From an uncultured Victivallales bacterium (GTDB lineage Bacteria; Verrucomicrobiota; Lentisphaeria; Victivallales; CAZBDL01), in assembly GCA_964490525.1 (NCBI GenBank), contig CAZBDL010000001.1, positions 25,474-89,473 on the forward strand: a stretch of DNA of 64,000 bases, in the 5' to 3' direction. The notes under the pieces are model-generated. The model made no database searches. It was not told the origin of the DNA and saw only the letters and a list, made by a program, of their open reading frames with translations. Position numbers and translations under genes: made by a program. Shown here one piece after another: positions 1-8,375 of this stretch; positions within the stretch are counted from its first letter, which is position 1; each line of letters begins with the position of its first letter.

Positions 1-345
1 GCTTGGCCGCTGGAGCGGCGACTTGCGCTTCCGGGGCACGGGAGGGGCCGCCGGAATCGCCGGGACGTCGGGCCGCCCCTCCAGCGTGCGCAGCTCGCCC
101 AGCGCCTCGCGGAACCCGATACCCTCGACCATCTCCATGAAGGAGATCGCCCCGCGCCCGTGGATGTGCTCGAATCCCGGCTTGAACGACCGGAAGAGCT
201 GCCCGTCGATGTGCACGGAAGCGTCGCCCCGACGGAACTTGTTCCTCTCGGCGCGGTCGCGTACGAAGCCGATCCGCTCCGCGAGGGAACGCACGTCGAG
301 GCTGTTCATCGACTCGACCTCGGGATCCCGTGGCTTCGTTCCCAT
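1..345 (-). CDS. Partial CDS (first 115 codons; continues past the window start). Possibly primase-like N-terminus; function uncertain.
   Basis: ATG at 345 is preceded by AGGAGGG and the frame stays open to position 1 (hand-translated MGTKPRDPEVESMNSLDVRSLAERIGF...). FRSFKPGF..HGRGAISFMEMVEGIGFREALGEL resembles the segment after the CHC2 zinc finger of DnaG/TraC primases but lacks the metal ligands. Confidence 0.45.
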   Translation of the reverse strand, partial: MGTKPRDPEVESMNSLDVRSLAERIGFVRDRAERNKFRRGDASVHIDGQLFRSFKPGFEHIHGRGAISFMEMVEGIGFREALGELRTLEGRPDVPAIPAAPPVPRKRKSPLQRPS

Positions 346-357
346 CGCCGTTCCCTC

Positions 358-627
358 CTACGCGACCAGTTCGGCACGCCGGATGTGGAAGACCGGCGGC
401 GGCGCCGAACCAGCCTCAAGATAGCTGCCCGTGACCCGGATCCGGTCCCCGAAGCGCAGGCGCTCCAGGATCGTCTCCGCCGGGTTTTTCATCGACACGA
501 GCGTATGCTGGGACAGCCGGATGCCCGGCTGCGTCTCCTTCTCCAGCATCGCCCGGGCCACCACCAGGTCGCCGCTCCGCTTCGCGCGGCCGAACGACAC
601 CATCTCGCAGGTCATCATCCTCATCAT
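358..627 (-). CDS. Hypothetical small protein (89 aa)
   Basis: Internal ATG at 627 of track ORF 358..888. It forms an ATGA overlap with the stop of the upstream gene (624-626), and a downstream TAGGAGGG junction leads into the next gene. Confidence 0.5.
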   Translation of the reverse strand: MMRMMTCEMVSFGRAKRSGDLVVARAMLEKETQPGIRLSQHTLVSMKNPAETILERLRFGDRIRVTGSYLEAGSAPPPVFHIRRAELVA

Positions 628-974
628 GGCGTCTCTCCTCCTTGTCCAATGGTTGATCCCTTCCTGTGCCCCGCGCCGTCCGACACCATCGCCAGGGCGA
701 ACTGCAGCTCGGCCATCAGCGGCTCCGAATACGGCAGGTCGGCCGCCGTCACCCCCGGGACCAGGCCCTCGGGCCCGCCCGCCTCGACCAGGAACTCCCC
801 GGCCTCCGAATCCCCCATCGCCTCCTGGCCGTGCGCCGTCAGCAGGATGCCCCCGGCGAAGGTGCCCGTGCGCTTCTCTTCGATGCACAGGGCAAGGTCG
901 CCGGCCCGGTGCAGGTCGCCGGCCCGCTTGCGGAACCTGTACACCCGGCCGGCCCGCATGGTCATTGCGCTCAT
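624..974 (-). CDS. Hypothetical protein (116 aa), C-terminal tail GQGGETP
   Basis: ATG at 974 is in frame with track ORF 624..1109 and overlaps the vWA gene stop (971-973) as ATGA. GC3-rich. Confidence 0.5.
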   Translation of the reverse strand: MSAMTMRAGRVYRFRKRAGDLHRAGDLALCIEEKRTGTFAGGILLTAHGQEAMGDSEAGEFLVEAGGPEGLVPGVTAADLPYSEPLMAELQFALAMVSDGAGHRKGSTIGQGGETP

Positions 975-2800
975 TGAAGGATTCCTCTCATTGATTCGTG
1001 GCGAAGGTCCTCGATGGCCGAACATAGCATCCCCCCCACCGTCCGCGCCACATCCACCGGGTTCAGCGTCCCCGTGAACACATGCTGGGGGAAAAGCTCC
1101 CGGGCGCACTCTCGGTATGCGGGGGCCACGTCGCCGATGATGGTCGCATAGGTCTTGATGCCATGGACCTGGCGCAGGAACTTCAGGCGCTCCTCGCAGA
1201 GGCTGACGTCATCGTCCATCAGCTCCGCATCGGTGAAGACAAAGACCAGGCGGGGGGAGTCATGATCCTCCGACATCAGGTCCTGGGCAATGCCGCAGAC
1301 GGCGTTTGAAAGGCTGGTCTCCCCGCACGGCGACGGCATGTTGCGCGGGCTCGGAAGGCGGTACAAGGCGTCGTTGAAGGCATAATGCACTTGGCCGATG
1401 CGGGACTCCGCCAGGGCCTTCTCGATGCCCGTGGCAAGATGGAACTGATTCTCCCAGTTGTCGGCGCCGGACATCGAGCTCGAAACGTCGTAGAGGAAGA
1501 TGGCCCGCATGCGGGCGTTCGGGTCGTGCAGCATCGTCCTCGTGACAAAGACCGGCGGATGCAGGTCGGCGGCGTAGAGGGGCAGCTCCGCCAGCCGCAG
1601 GTCGTCAAGGGCGCCGGAGCGGCTGAAGCGCGAATCCATCATGCGGTCCCCCGACGGACGGGGCAGAAGCCCCATCATCGTCTTCGCAATCGTCTCCCCA
1701 GCCGCGTCCATTTTCCGCCTGGAGTAGTTGTGGGCATCAATGACGGCGAGTGGAATGATGGTGAACATCACACCGCTCATGGACTCGATGCTGGTGCAGG
1801 TATGCACTTCTCCAGCTCCCCACTTGACGTGGCTGGAGAAATCGCGGGAAAGGACGCCCCCCGGCAGGGTCTTGCCCAGGAGGTTCTCCACCCGGTGGGC
1901 AACTTCCCCGGCGGTCGCGCCGGACTCTTCCTTCCCCTGCTTCCCGTCGGCCCCGGCGGCATCCAGGTCGACGTCGGCAATGTCGCCGGCCTTCGCCCCG
2001 GATTTGCCCTGCCCCTGGCCCGGGGCGGGCTTCCCGGCCGACTTCCCCTGGCCCTGTTCCTTGCCGTTGTCCTTGCCTTCGCCGGTCGAGCGCTCAATGA
2101 GCCGTTCGATGATCTCCATGGCCGTCTGGAAGCGTCCGGGCCGGCGGAAGATCCGATAGGCGAATTCCTGGAGCGTCTCGGCAACCACCGTGTCCTTCGG
2201 GGCCATCCCGTAGCGCAGGCAGCGCGCCGCCTCGTCGATCCGCCTGGCCACCGGGTTATTCCCCTGGTAGCCGTCATCGGCCTTGCCCGCCGCCGCGTAG
2301 TATTCCCGCAATAGCCATCCCTCGTCGACCAGCACGCAGCGGCGGGCCACGGCCGCCTCGACCGCCCAGTACATGGCGCCCATGATCGGATTGACGCCCT
2401 CCGCCTGGCTGCGGGTGAACGAGGCGTATTCCCGCGTCTCGTGGACCTTCGTCCACGCCAGCAACTGGCCGGCGATGACCCGGGGATCGTCATCCTTCGC
2501 GTTGATCCTCAACTTCGTCCCGTCGAAGGAGACCTGCGGCGTGTCTTCTGTGCATGAGGTGACAATCTCCACCTTCGCGCTGCGCCGGGTCCCCACGGCC
2601 AGGGGCGTGCGGGCCACCGCCGCCGCCTTGATGTAGCTGGCGGAATTGTCCTTCGGCATGAACCGGCCACGCCCCATCGCGCCGAACGCTGCGGTGAAGT
2701 GCGAGAAGGCCTCCTCCTCGGGAAGGCAGATCATGTCCTGCGTCCCCCGCTTCCGGGAGGCCAGGCCCGCCTGGTTGATGGAGTGGCGCCGGCGGCTCAT
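971..2800 (-). CDS. vWA-domain protein (CobT/VWA-type partner of the adjacent AAA+ ATPase)
   Basis: Has a MIDAS-like motif, FLYDVSSSMSG, in the C-terminal half. ATG at 2800 overlaps the stop of the AAA+ gene (ATGA). The N-terminal third of the 1038-aa track ORF 971..4087 is a shadow frame over the AAA+ gene. Confidence 0.7.
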   Translation of the reverse strand: MSRRRHSINQAGLASRKRGTQDMICLPEEEAFSHFTAAFGAMGRGRFMPKDNSASYIKAAAVARTPLAVGTRRSAKVEIVTSCTEDTPQVSFDGTKLRINAKDDDPRVIAGQLLAWTKVHETREYASFTRSQAEGVNPIMGAMYWAVEAAVARRCVLVDEGWLLREYYAAAGKADDGYQGNNPVARRIDEAARCLRYGMAPKDTVVAETLQEFAYRIFRRPGRFQTAMEIIERLIERSTGEGKDNGKEQGQGKSAGKPAPGQGQGKSGAKAGDIADVDLDAAGADGKQGKEESGATAGEVAHRVENLLGKTLPGGVLSRDFSSHVKWGAGEVHTCTSIESMSGVMFTIIPLAVIDAHNYSRRKMDAAGETIAKTMMGLLPRPSGDRMMDSRFSRSGALDDLRLAELPLYAADLHPPVFVTRTMLHDPNARMRAIFLYDVSSSMSGADNWENQFHLATGIEKALAESRIGQVHYAFNDALYRLPSPRNMPSPCGETSLSNAVCGIAQDLMSEDHDSPRLVFVFTDAELMDDDVSLCEERLKFLRQVHGIKTYATIIGDVAPAYRECARELFPQHVFTGTLNPVDVARTVGGMLCSAIEDLRHESMRGILQ

Positions 2801-3996
2801 GGCGTGACCCCCTCCTCGGCCGGTTGCGCCTGCGCGGCGGCGGCCCGCCGGCGACGGGGAGCCGGCGCGGCCTTCTCCTCCACCACGGTCCGGGGAATCG
2901 GGCCCAGCGTCGAGAGATCGCCGAACTGCGCGGCCAGGGCCGAGACCACCTTCTCGCGCGAGACGGCGGCTGTCCCGTCGCCCTCGGGGGCGTAGTAGTT
3001 GCTGACCGCATAGCGCAGCGCCGGACCGCCGCCCAGCGCCAGCGCCTCGGCCGCCACCAGCGACATGCGGATCGACCAGAAGCGGCCGGACGCCCCATGG
3101 GCGCCGAACTGCTCGGCCCGGACCGAATTCGCCACCTGCACCAGGCGCTTCGCCACGGCCTCGCCGATTCCCACTCCCCGCACGATGATCTCCGTCTCCT
3201 CGTCGATTGTCGGATAGCGGGTGTGCAGCACGAACTGGGTGCGGTCGACCAGGGCGATGTCCGCCCGGTCGCGAACGCCCGTGTACCCGCGCCCCTCGTT
3301 CATCGTCATGAACACCGCGATCCCCGTCCCGAGGCGCACGTCGCGGCCCAGCGCCTGGACGTGCGTGCGGCCGGAGAAGTCGAGCAGGGGCATGAGCGGA
3401 TTCAGCAGGCTGCTGTCCTGCACGCGGGTCACCTCGTCCAGCAGGACCACGCAGTCGCCCTTCTCCAGCGCCCGCATCAGGCTGGAGGGGTGGAACACCG
3501 TCTCGCCGTTCTCCAGCGCCCGCTCGCCGAACCACTTCTCCGTGTCGCGGATCGCCGAGCAGTCGATGCGCAGCAGGGGGAGCCCCTTCCGCGCCGCGTA
3601 CTCGTGGACGGAGATCGTCTTCCCGGTCCCGTGGTCGCCCTTGACCAGCCCGATCACCCGGCCCTTGTGGCGGCGGTACTCCTCGCAGAGCGAGAAGAAC
3701 TCCACCGTCTCCGGCGTGGGGAAGTAGTCCTTCGGGGCATCGACCTTGCCGATGAACTCGACCTCGCTGGCCCGGCGCTCGCGCGAGACCTTCACCGTGG
3801 TCGTGCTCCGGCTCACCTCCACGGCGTCGGCCTTCGCCGGCAGATCCCCCAACGACTCCATCGCCGGCGGCGGGGGGACGGAGGCATCCACCCGCGCCAG
3901 CATCTCCTGGTAGCGCACGATGAAGCCGACCGGGTTGCGCATCACCTCGTCGTAGAGCACCGGATCCGGCGCGACCGCTGGCATGGGACTGGTCAT
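2797..3996 (-). CDS. AAA+ ATPase, MoxR/CbbQ (AAA_5)-like
   Basis: Walker A GDHGTGKT and Walker B VVLLDEV. Paired with the downstream vWA gene, which is the classic MoxR-VWA arrangement. Tail AEEGVTP plus ATGA coupling. Confidence 0.75.
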   Translation of the reverse strand: MTSPMPAVAPDPVLYDEVMRNPVGFIVRYQEMLARVDASVPPPPAMESLGDLPAKADAVEVSRSTTTVKVSRERRASEVEFIGKVDAPKDYFPTPETVEFFSLCEEYRRHKGRVIGLVKGDHGTGKTISVHEYAARKGLPLLRIDCSAIRDTEKWFGERALENGETVFHPSSLMRALEKGDCVVLLDEVTRVQDSSLLNPLMPLLDFSGRTHVQALGRDVRLGTGIAVFMTMNEGRGYTGVRDRADIALVDRTQFVLHTRYPTIDEETEIIVRGVGIGEAVAKRLVQVANSVRAEQFGAHGASGRFWSIRMSLVAAEALALGGGPALRYAVSNYYAPEGDGTAAVSREKVVSALAAQFGDLSTLGPIPRTVVEEKAAPAPRRRRAAAAQAQPAEEGVTP

Positions 3997-4652
3997 GGAT
4001 GGACTCCTTCCTGGATGTTCGCCTCGATGTCGTCGTCCTGCCCGTAGCGCAGGGATCCGTAGTTGCGGGAGTAGGCCACGTTGCCACGGCCCACGACGAT
4101 GGTGTCGCTCAGGTCAATGCCCTTCTCCTTCAGGAGCGTGCGCAGCGCCTCGGAGATGGCGATGTCGTTCTCCGACGGACTCAGGTCGGCCGACTCCGAA
4201 GGATGGTTGTGGACCACGATGATCCGGGCCGCGCCGATCCCGGACGCCCATTCGGCAACCTTCCCGTGGTCGCAGCCGACCTGGGCGGGCTTACGGTCCG
4301 TCGAGCAGGTCTCGCCGATCAGCCGGTAGCCCGCGTCCAGGGCCAGCACCATGACGTGCTCATGGGGCAGGTGGGCGATGCGGCTGCCCGCGTAGTCGAC
4401 CACATCCTCCACCGAGGAAAAGTCCCGGGCCTGCGACTGGTACTCGCCGGCGAAGTAGTCCTGCACCACCTGGCGCAGGAGGCCGATGCGCCCCATGGCC
4501 GAGGGGGGAACGCCCAGGTCCGCCAGCATCGAGTCGCGGCACCCGAAGAGGCTGCGCACGTTCGGGAACCGGTCCCACAGCGACGTCGGCAAGCCGAGCA
4601 GGAGCAGCAGTTCGGGCATGGCCACCCGGTCGATGTCCAGGGCTTCGCTCAT
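3993..4652 (-). CDS. radC: RadC-like JAB/MPN domain protein
   Basis: IIVVHNHPSESADLSPSENDI matches the RadC/JAMM HNHPSG..P..S..D core. ATG at 4652 overlaps the upstream stop (ATGA). Tail IQEGVHP. Confidence 0.75.
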   Translation of the reverse strand: MSEALDIDRVAMPELLLLLGLPTSLWDRFPNVRSLFGCRDSMLADLGVPPSAMGRIGLLRQVVQDYFAGEYQSQARDFSSVEDVVDYAGSRIAHLPHEHVMVLALDAGYRLIGETCSTDRKPAQVGCDHGKVAEWASGIGAARIIVVHNHPSESADLSPSENDIAISEALRTLLKEKGIDLSDTIVVGRGNVAYSRNYGSLRYGQDDDIEANIQEGVHP

Positions 4653-5695
4653 CGCCCCACCCCCGCCGCCTCGCGCTCCTCCTCCGGGGCGGGGATCTGG
4701 CGGACCTTCGCCTCCTTGGCCGCCTGCTTCGCCTCGGCGGCCTGGCGGGCGGCCGTCTCCGCCTCGGTGCGGCCCGTGGCGATGGCGCCCAGCATCTCGT
4801 CCAGGTTGCGGGCGTCGGAGAGCGTGGCCAGTAGCGGCCAGTTCTCCTGGACCGCCATGATCCGCTGCGCACAACGGAAGAAGTCGGCGTACTTCCCGAT
4901 GTCCGAACCCGGGATTCGGTATTCCTTGATCCGGCCGTCCGCAACGTTGATCTTCAGGATCGAGGGAACCAGCAGGCGATCCACCGGACGCCCGGCGATG
5001 CCGCCCATGAAGCTGATTGCCCGCGCATAGGTCACCACCTGCGTGGCCTCCTCCTCGTACGGACGCTGCCACTTCTCCCACTTCTCCGTGTCATTCATGC
5101 ACTTGAAGTCCACCAGCGCCGCCGTGCGGCTGTCCGGGAAGTAGATGGTCAAGTCCGCCATCCCCGCGTACCCGGGGCCGGCCACCGGCTGCTCGCTCAG
5201 GCACTCGAAGCGCTCCGCCTCCATCCGTGGATAGAGCCTCTGGAGCTGCATGTTCACGCGCATGACGATGCTCATGTTCCGCGCCGCCACCTGGTCGCCC
5301 GGATCCCCGGCCACGTTCTCCCCCCGGTAGAACCGCTCCAGCATCGCGTGGATATCCTTGCCGGCCTCGGGAGCCTTCTGGTTCAGCCCCTCGCGGATCG
5401 CGCTGTAGAAATCCGACGCCTGGCGCAGCCCCTCCTCGGAATCCGTGTCGAACTTGCGGATCGCGTCCGGCGCGTTCGCGAACGCCCGGATGTACTGGCG
5501 CTCCATCCAGCGCTCCAGAGCCGGCTTGCGGATTGCCTTGCCCAGCACCTCCGTCACCGACGGCAGCAGGAAGTGCCTCTTCGCGTCCCCAAGGTGCGTC
5601 GCACGCACCCCGCCGGACCGCGTGGCCATCTCGAAGACCGGCACGACCTTCGCCGAGCCGTCGTCCCGTCGCGTCACCTCGTAGAAGTGCCCCAT
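4649..5695 (-). CDS. PD-(D/E)XK-family nuclease (RecB/YqaJ-like), tentative
   Basis: GMADLTIYF...ALVDFKC fits a D...(D/E)xK core. The start at 5695 (MGHFYEV) has a GGAGGA 7 nt upstream. The alternative ATG at 5710 is only about 10 nt from the predicted TSS. Confidence 0.5.
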   Translation of the reverse strand: MGHFYEVTRRDDGSAKVVPVFEMATRSGGVRATHLGDAKRHFLLPSVTEVLGKAIRKPALERWMERQYIRAFANAPDAIRKFDTDSEEGLRQASDFYSAIREGLNQKAPEAGKDIHAMLERFYRGENVAGDPGDQVAARNMSIVMRVNMQLQRLYPRMEAERFECLSEQPVAGPGYAGMADLTIYFPDSRTAALVDFKCMNDTEKWEKWQRPYEEEATQVVTYARAISFMGGIAGRPVDRLLVPSILKINVADGRIKEYRIPGSDIGKYADFFRCAQRIMAVQENWPLLATLSDARNLDEMLGAIATGRTEAETAARQAAEAKQAAKEAKVRQIPAPEEEREAAGVGR

Positions 5696-5726
5696 CGTCC
5701 GATCCTCCATGATTGGCTTCTGAGGC

Positions 5727-5755
5727 TATCATAACATGATTTCCGTGCGTGTCAA
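5727..5755 (-). promoter_or_regulatory. Sigma70-type promoter for the minus-strand operon (TTGACA-N17-ATGATA)
   Basis: On the minus strand, TTGACA lies at 5755-5750 and ATGATA at 5732-5727. The site is in an AT-rich divergent intergenic region. Confidence 0.6.
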
Positions 5756-5798
5756 GGCGTTTTTATAATATTTTGTAAGATTTTTTCAGATTTCAGCC

Positions 5799-5828
5799 TT
5801 GACATGTGCATGTCGCAGGGAGATATTG
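5799..5828 (+). promoter_or_regulatory. Sigma70-type promoter for the plus-strand cassette operon (TTGACA-N18-ATATTG)
   Basis: TTGACA at 5799-5804 and ATATTG at 5823-5828. Divergent from the minus-strand promoter. Confidence 0.55.
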
Positions 5829-5876
5829 CCCCCAGAACGGAACCCCCTCGGGGAAACACAGCGAAAGGACCGGGAC

Positions 5877-6509
5877 ATGCAGACGAACCGCCACCTCGCC
5901 GAGAAGGAAGACTTCGCGTACGGGCTCCGCCGCCGGGATCTCGACCGCCTGCTGGAGAAGTACAGCAAGCAGGACATCATGAATCTGCACGAGGCCTGCG
6001 TGAGCACCCTCCCGCCGGCCACCGGCAACGGGCTCGGCACCGACCCCGCCGGCGTCCTCAACACCGGCTTCATCCTCGCCCAGCTCCGCGCCGACTTCCT
6101 CCAGCTCGACCTCGTGAACTCGTACCTGCCCGTGGTCACCTACCGCCAGGTCGAGGCCTTCGCCCTCTCCAGGAGCGAGCAGCTCGTCCTCCAGCGCCTC
6201 GTCCCGAACGTCCGCCACCGCACGAAGCAATTCCAGGAGTACCTGGTCAGCCGCCGCTACACGGGAACCGGGAACACGGCCCAGCGGAACATCGTCGTCC
6301 GCGCCTTCCAGGCCTTGGCCGGCCTGGTCCATCGCCTCCTCAGTCCCCAGGCACAGGTTCGCCATCTCTTCGCGCAGATCGTCGAGAAGACCAAGGCCGC
6401 CGGCATCCCCTGGGAGACCGCCGTGGCCCGCCGCCGCACCCACTCCCTCCGCAGCCGGGAGAACCCCGGGGAGGCCATGGACGCCAACGAGGGCGGCATC
6501 CGCATCTGA
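5877..6509 (+). CDS. Hypothetical protein (210 aa)
   Basis: First ATG downstream of the promoter, in frame with track ORF 5799..6509, and GC3-rich. Tail EGGIRI. Confidence 0.55.
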   Translation: MQTNRHLAEKEDFAYGLRRRDLDRLLEKYSKQDIMNLHEACVSTLPPATGNGLGTDPAGVLNTGFILAQLRADFLQLDLVNSYLPVVTYRQVEAFALSRSEQLVLQRLVPNVRHRTKQFQEYLVSRRYTGTGNTAQRNIVVRAFQALAGLVHRLLSPQAQVRHLFAQIVEKTKAAGIPWETAVARRRTHSLRSRENPGEAMDANEGGIRI

Positions 6510-6544
6510 ACCCGCAACCCGAACGGCAACAGGAGGACAAGGCC

Positions 6545-6742
6545 ATGGCGAAGTGCAGCATGAAGACCGAGGTCTACAGCCGGGTGTGCGGCTATCACCG
6601 CCCCGTGCAGGCCTGGAACGGCGGCAAGAAGGCCGAATTCGAGGACCGGAAGGCGTATGCCCTGCCCAGCGTCCTGCCCCCGCGCCGCCGCGAGGCGGCG
6701 GAGTTTCCGGCCCAGGAAGAGGAAGTCTCCATCGCCGTGTGA
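6545..6742 (+). CDS. Small protein resembling the C-terminal glycyl-radical stub of class III RNR NrdD
   Basis: EVYSRVCGYHRPVQAWNGGKKAEFEDRK resembles the NrdD C-terminal R(V/I)CGY....WN.GK..E..DRK signature. The protein is only 65 aa and no nrdG is nearby. Confidence 0.45.
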   Translation: MAKCSMKTEVYSRVCGYHRPVQAWNGGKKAEFEDRKAYALPSVLPPRRREAAEFPAQEEEVSIAV

Positions 6743-6772
6743 CGCGGCGGCAAGCGCAAGGAGAAAGCAGCC

Positions 6773-7186
6773 ATGACGCAGCAGATGACCCTCCCCCTCT
6801 CGTTCGACCGGCCCGCCGGTCCCGCCGACTGGGCCGACCACATGGCGCGGGCCGAGACCTCCGAGCAGGCGGCGGCCATCCTGCGCACCATCGAGACCGA
6901 CCTGGCACGCATGGAACGCGAGGCCGGGCTCGGCGACATCCTGGAGCGGCATGGCATCCGCCGCTCGCTTCCCGAAGTCCTCCCCGGCGAATGGTATCGG
7001 CACATCGGCCAGGCCCCCCAGCGGCACCGTGTCCGGCTCGCCGAGGCCTACAACCTCGCCCAGGCCGCATTCCGCGAGCACGGGCTTCACCCCTATGGCA
7101 GGATCAACGAGGAGGCCGCCCGCTACGGCGCCCAGATCCAGCTTCCCCGCCAGGAGGACGAACCCGAATACGGCATCGCCGTCTAG
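6773..7186 (+). CDS. Hypothetical protein (137 aa), tail EPEYGIAV
   Basis: Complete track ORF, GC3-rich. Stop TAG followed by GAGA...ATG of the next gene. Confidence 0.55.
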   Translation: MTQQMTLPLSFDRPAGPADWADHMARAETSEQAAAILRTIETDLARMEREAGLGDILERHGIRRSLPEVLPGEWYRHIGQAPQRHRVRLAEAYNLAQAAFREHGLHPYGRINEEAARYGAQIQLPRQEDEPEYGIAV

Positions 7187-7196
7187 GAGAACCCCC

Positions 7197-7619
7197 ATGG
7201 CCAATCAACCCGACCTCTTCGCCCCGTGCTTCCCGTCCCCGGCCGAGATCCCGGACTGGCGCCGGGTCATGCTCGACGCCGGGTCCGCCGACGAGTGCAG
7301 GCATGTCATCCGCAGCTTCGAGGCCTGGCTCCACGACCTGGAGGCTGCGGCCGGGCTCGATCCCCTGTGCGGCCCCGGCGGGTCGGGATCCTGGTTCCGG
7401 GGGCTGTCCACCATCACCGCCGAGGAGTTCCGCCAGCAAATCGCCAAGGCCCCGGACTACGCCCAGGACACCCTGGCGGCGGCCGTGGCCGTCTGCCGCA
7501 GCGCGGAAAAGGCCTTCCACGACCGGCACTACCCCGCCCAAAAGGCGGGCGAGACGGCCATCCCCTCATGCGACGGGGACGGCGAGGACATCGAGGCGGA
7601 ATACGGCATCGCCGTCTAG
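7197..7619 (+). CDS. Hypothetical protein (140 aa), tail EAEYGIAV
   Basis: ATG at 7197 in frame with track ORF 6951..7619, preceded by TAGGAGA. Same tail as the preceding gene. Confidence 0.55.
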   Translation: MANQPDLFAPCFPSPAEIPDWRRVMLDAGSADECRHVIRSFEAWLHDLEAAAGLDPLCGPGGSGSWFRGLSTITAEEFRQQIAKAPDYAQDTLAAAVAVCRSAEKAFHDRHYPAQKAGETAIPSCDGDGEDIEAEYGIAV

Positions 7620-7629
7620 GAGACATGGC

Positions 7630-7953
7630 ATGAACCCCAGGCCCGCACCCCTCCATTGGATCGAGGAGGCAAGGCACATCCATGACGGATGGCACTTCGA
7701 CCGCTTCCTGGCCGCCAAGCACGAATGGCTGACCCGGCGGCTCAACGAGGCGCATGTCCATGCCCCGGGGGCCTACCCCCTGGGCATCCACATCGCCCCG
7801 GCCATGCCCCCTTCCGCCTATCGGCAGCTCCTCCACGGCGCATCCCGGGAGGACGCCAACGAACTGTCCGCCGCCTACGAGGACCTCAAGCGCCTCCACA
7901 CCCTGCGCCGGGAAATCGGGCAGGACCAGGAAGGGCAGGGGATCGCACCATGA
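7630..7953 (+). CDS. Hypothetical protein (107 aa), tail EGQGIAP
   Basis: ATG at 7630 in frame with track ORF 6553..7953. ATGA overlap with the next gene. Confidence 0.5.
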   Translation: MNPRPAPLHWIEEARHIHDGWHFDRFLAAKHEWLTRRLNEAHVHAPGAYPLGIHIAPAMPPSAYRQLLHGASREDANELSAAYEDLKRLHTLRREIGQDQEGQGIAP

Positions 7954-8363
7954 GCAACCGCATCCGCATCATCGGCGAGGAGGCGTTCCTCGAAGCCCAC
8001 GGCGCCGGCATGGCCGACCTCGGGGACCCGTCCCTCCACCGCCTTCCCGGCCTGCATGACCATCACCCCGCCAGGCTTTCCGCCATCCGGCGCCAGGCCG
8101 CCGCCGACCATGCCTGGCAGGAGCGACGCCAGGCCCTGCGCCGGGAATACGCGGAGCAGGTCGCACGCGGGGCCATCCGCCCCCCCACGCGCACGGAACG
8201 GCTGCTGGCGACCGCCCAGGGCCACCCGGACAACGCCTCCGTGCAGGCGGCCCGCCGCCTCCTCGGACGGATGGGCGTCGACTGGAACCGTGCCGGGGAC
8301 GCAAGCCCCGGCAATGCCTACATCGAGATGGCCGAACAGGAACTTCCGGGAATCTCCCCATAG
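7950..8363 (+). CDS. Hypothetical protein (137 aa), tail LPGISP
   Basis: ATG at 7950 in frame with track ORF 7689..8363. Translationally coupled. Confidence 0.5.
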   Translation: MSNRIRIIGEEAFLEAHGAGMADLGDPSLHRLPGLHDHHPARLSAIRRQAAADHAWQERRQALRREYAEQVARGAIRPPTRTERLLATAQGHPDNASVQAARRLLGRMGVDWNRAGDASPGNAYIEMAEQELPGISP

Positions 8364-8375
8364 GAGGACGGCACC

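Noticed and set aside
971-4087. 1038-aa minus-strand ORF that looks like one giant gene
   Set aside because: Only the C-terminal 609 codons (ATG at 2800) make sense, as a vWA protein. The N-terminal part is an Arg/Gly/Pro-rich shadow frame over the real AAA+ ATPase gene (2797..3996), whose stop overlaps the internal ATG as ATGA.
4649-5695. PD-(D/E)XK nuclease considered as a displaced Cas4
   Set aside because: It has no C-terminal four-cysteine Fe-S cluster pattern. It lies 13 kb away in an unrelated minus-strand operon with RadC, AAA+ and vWA genes.
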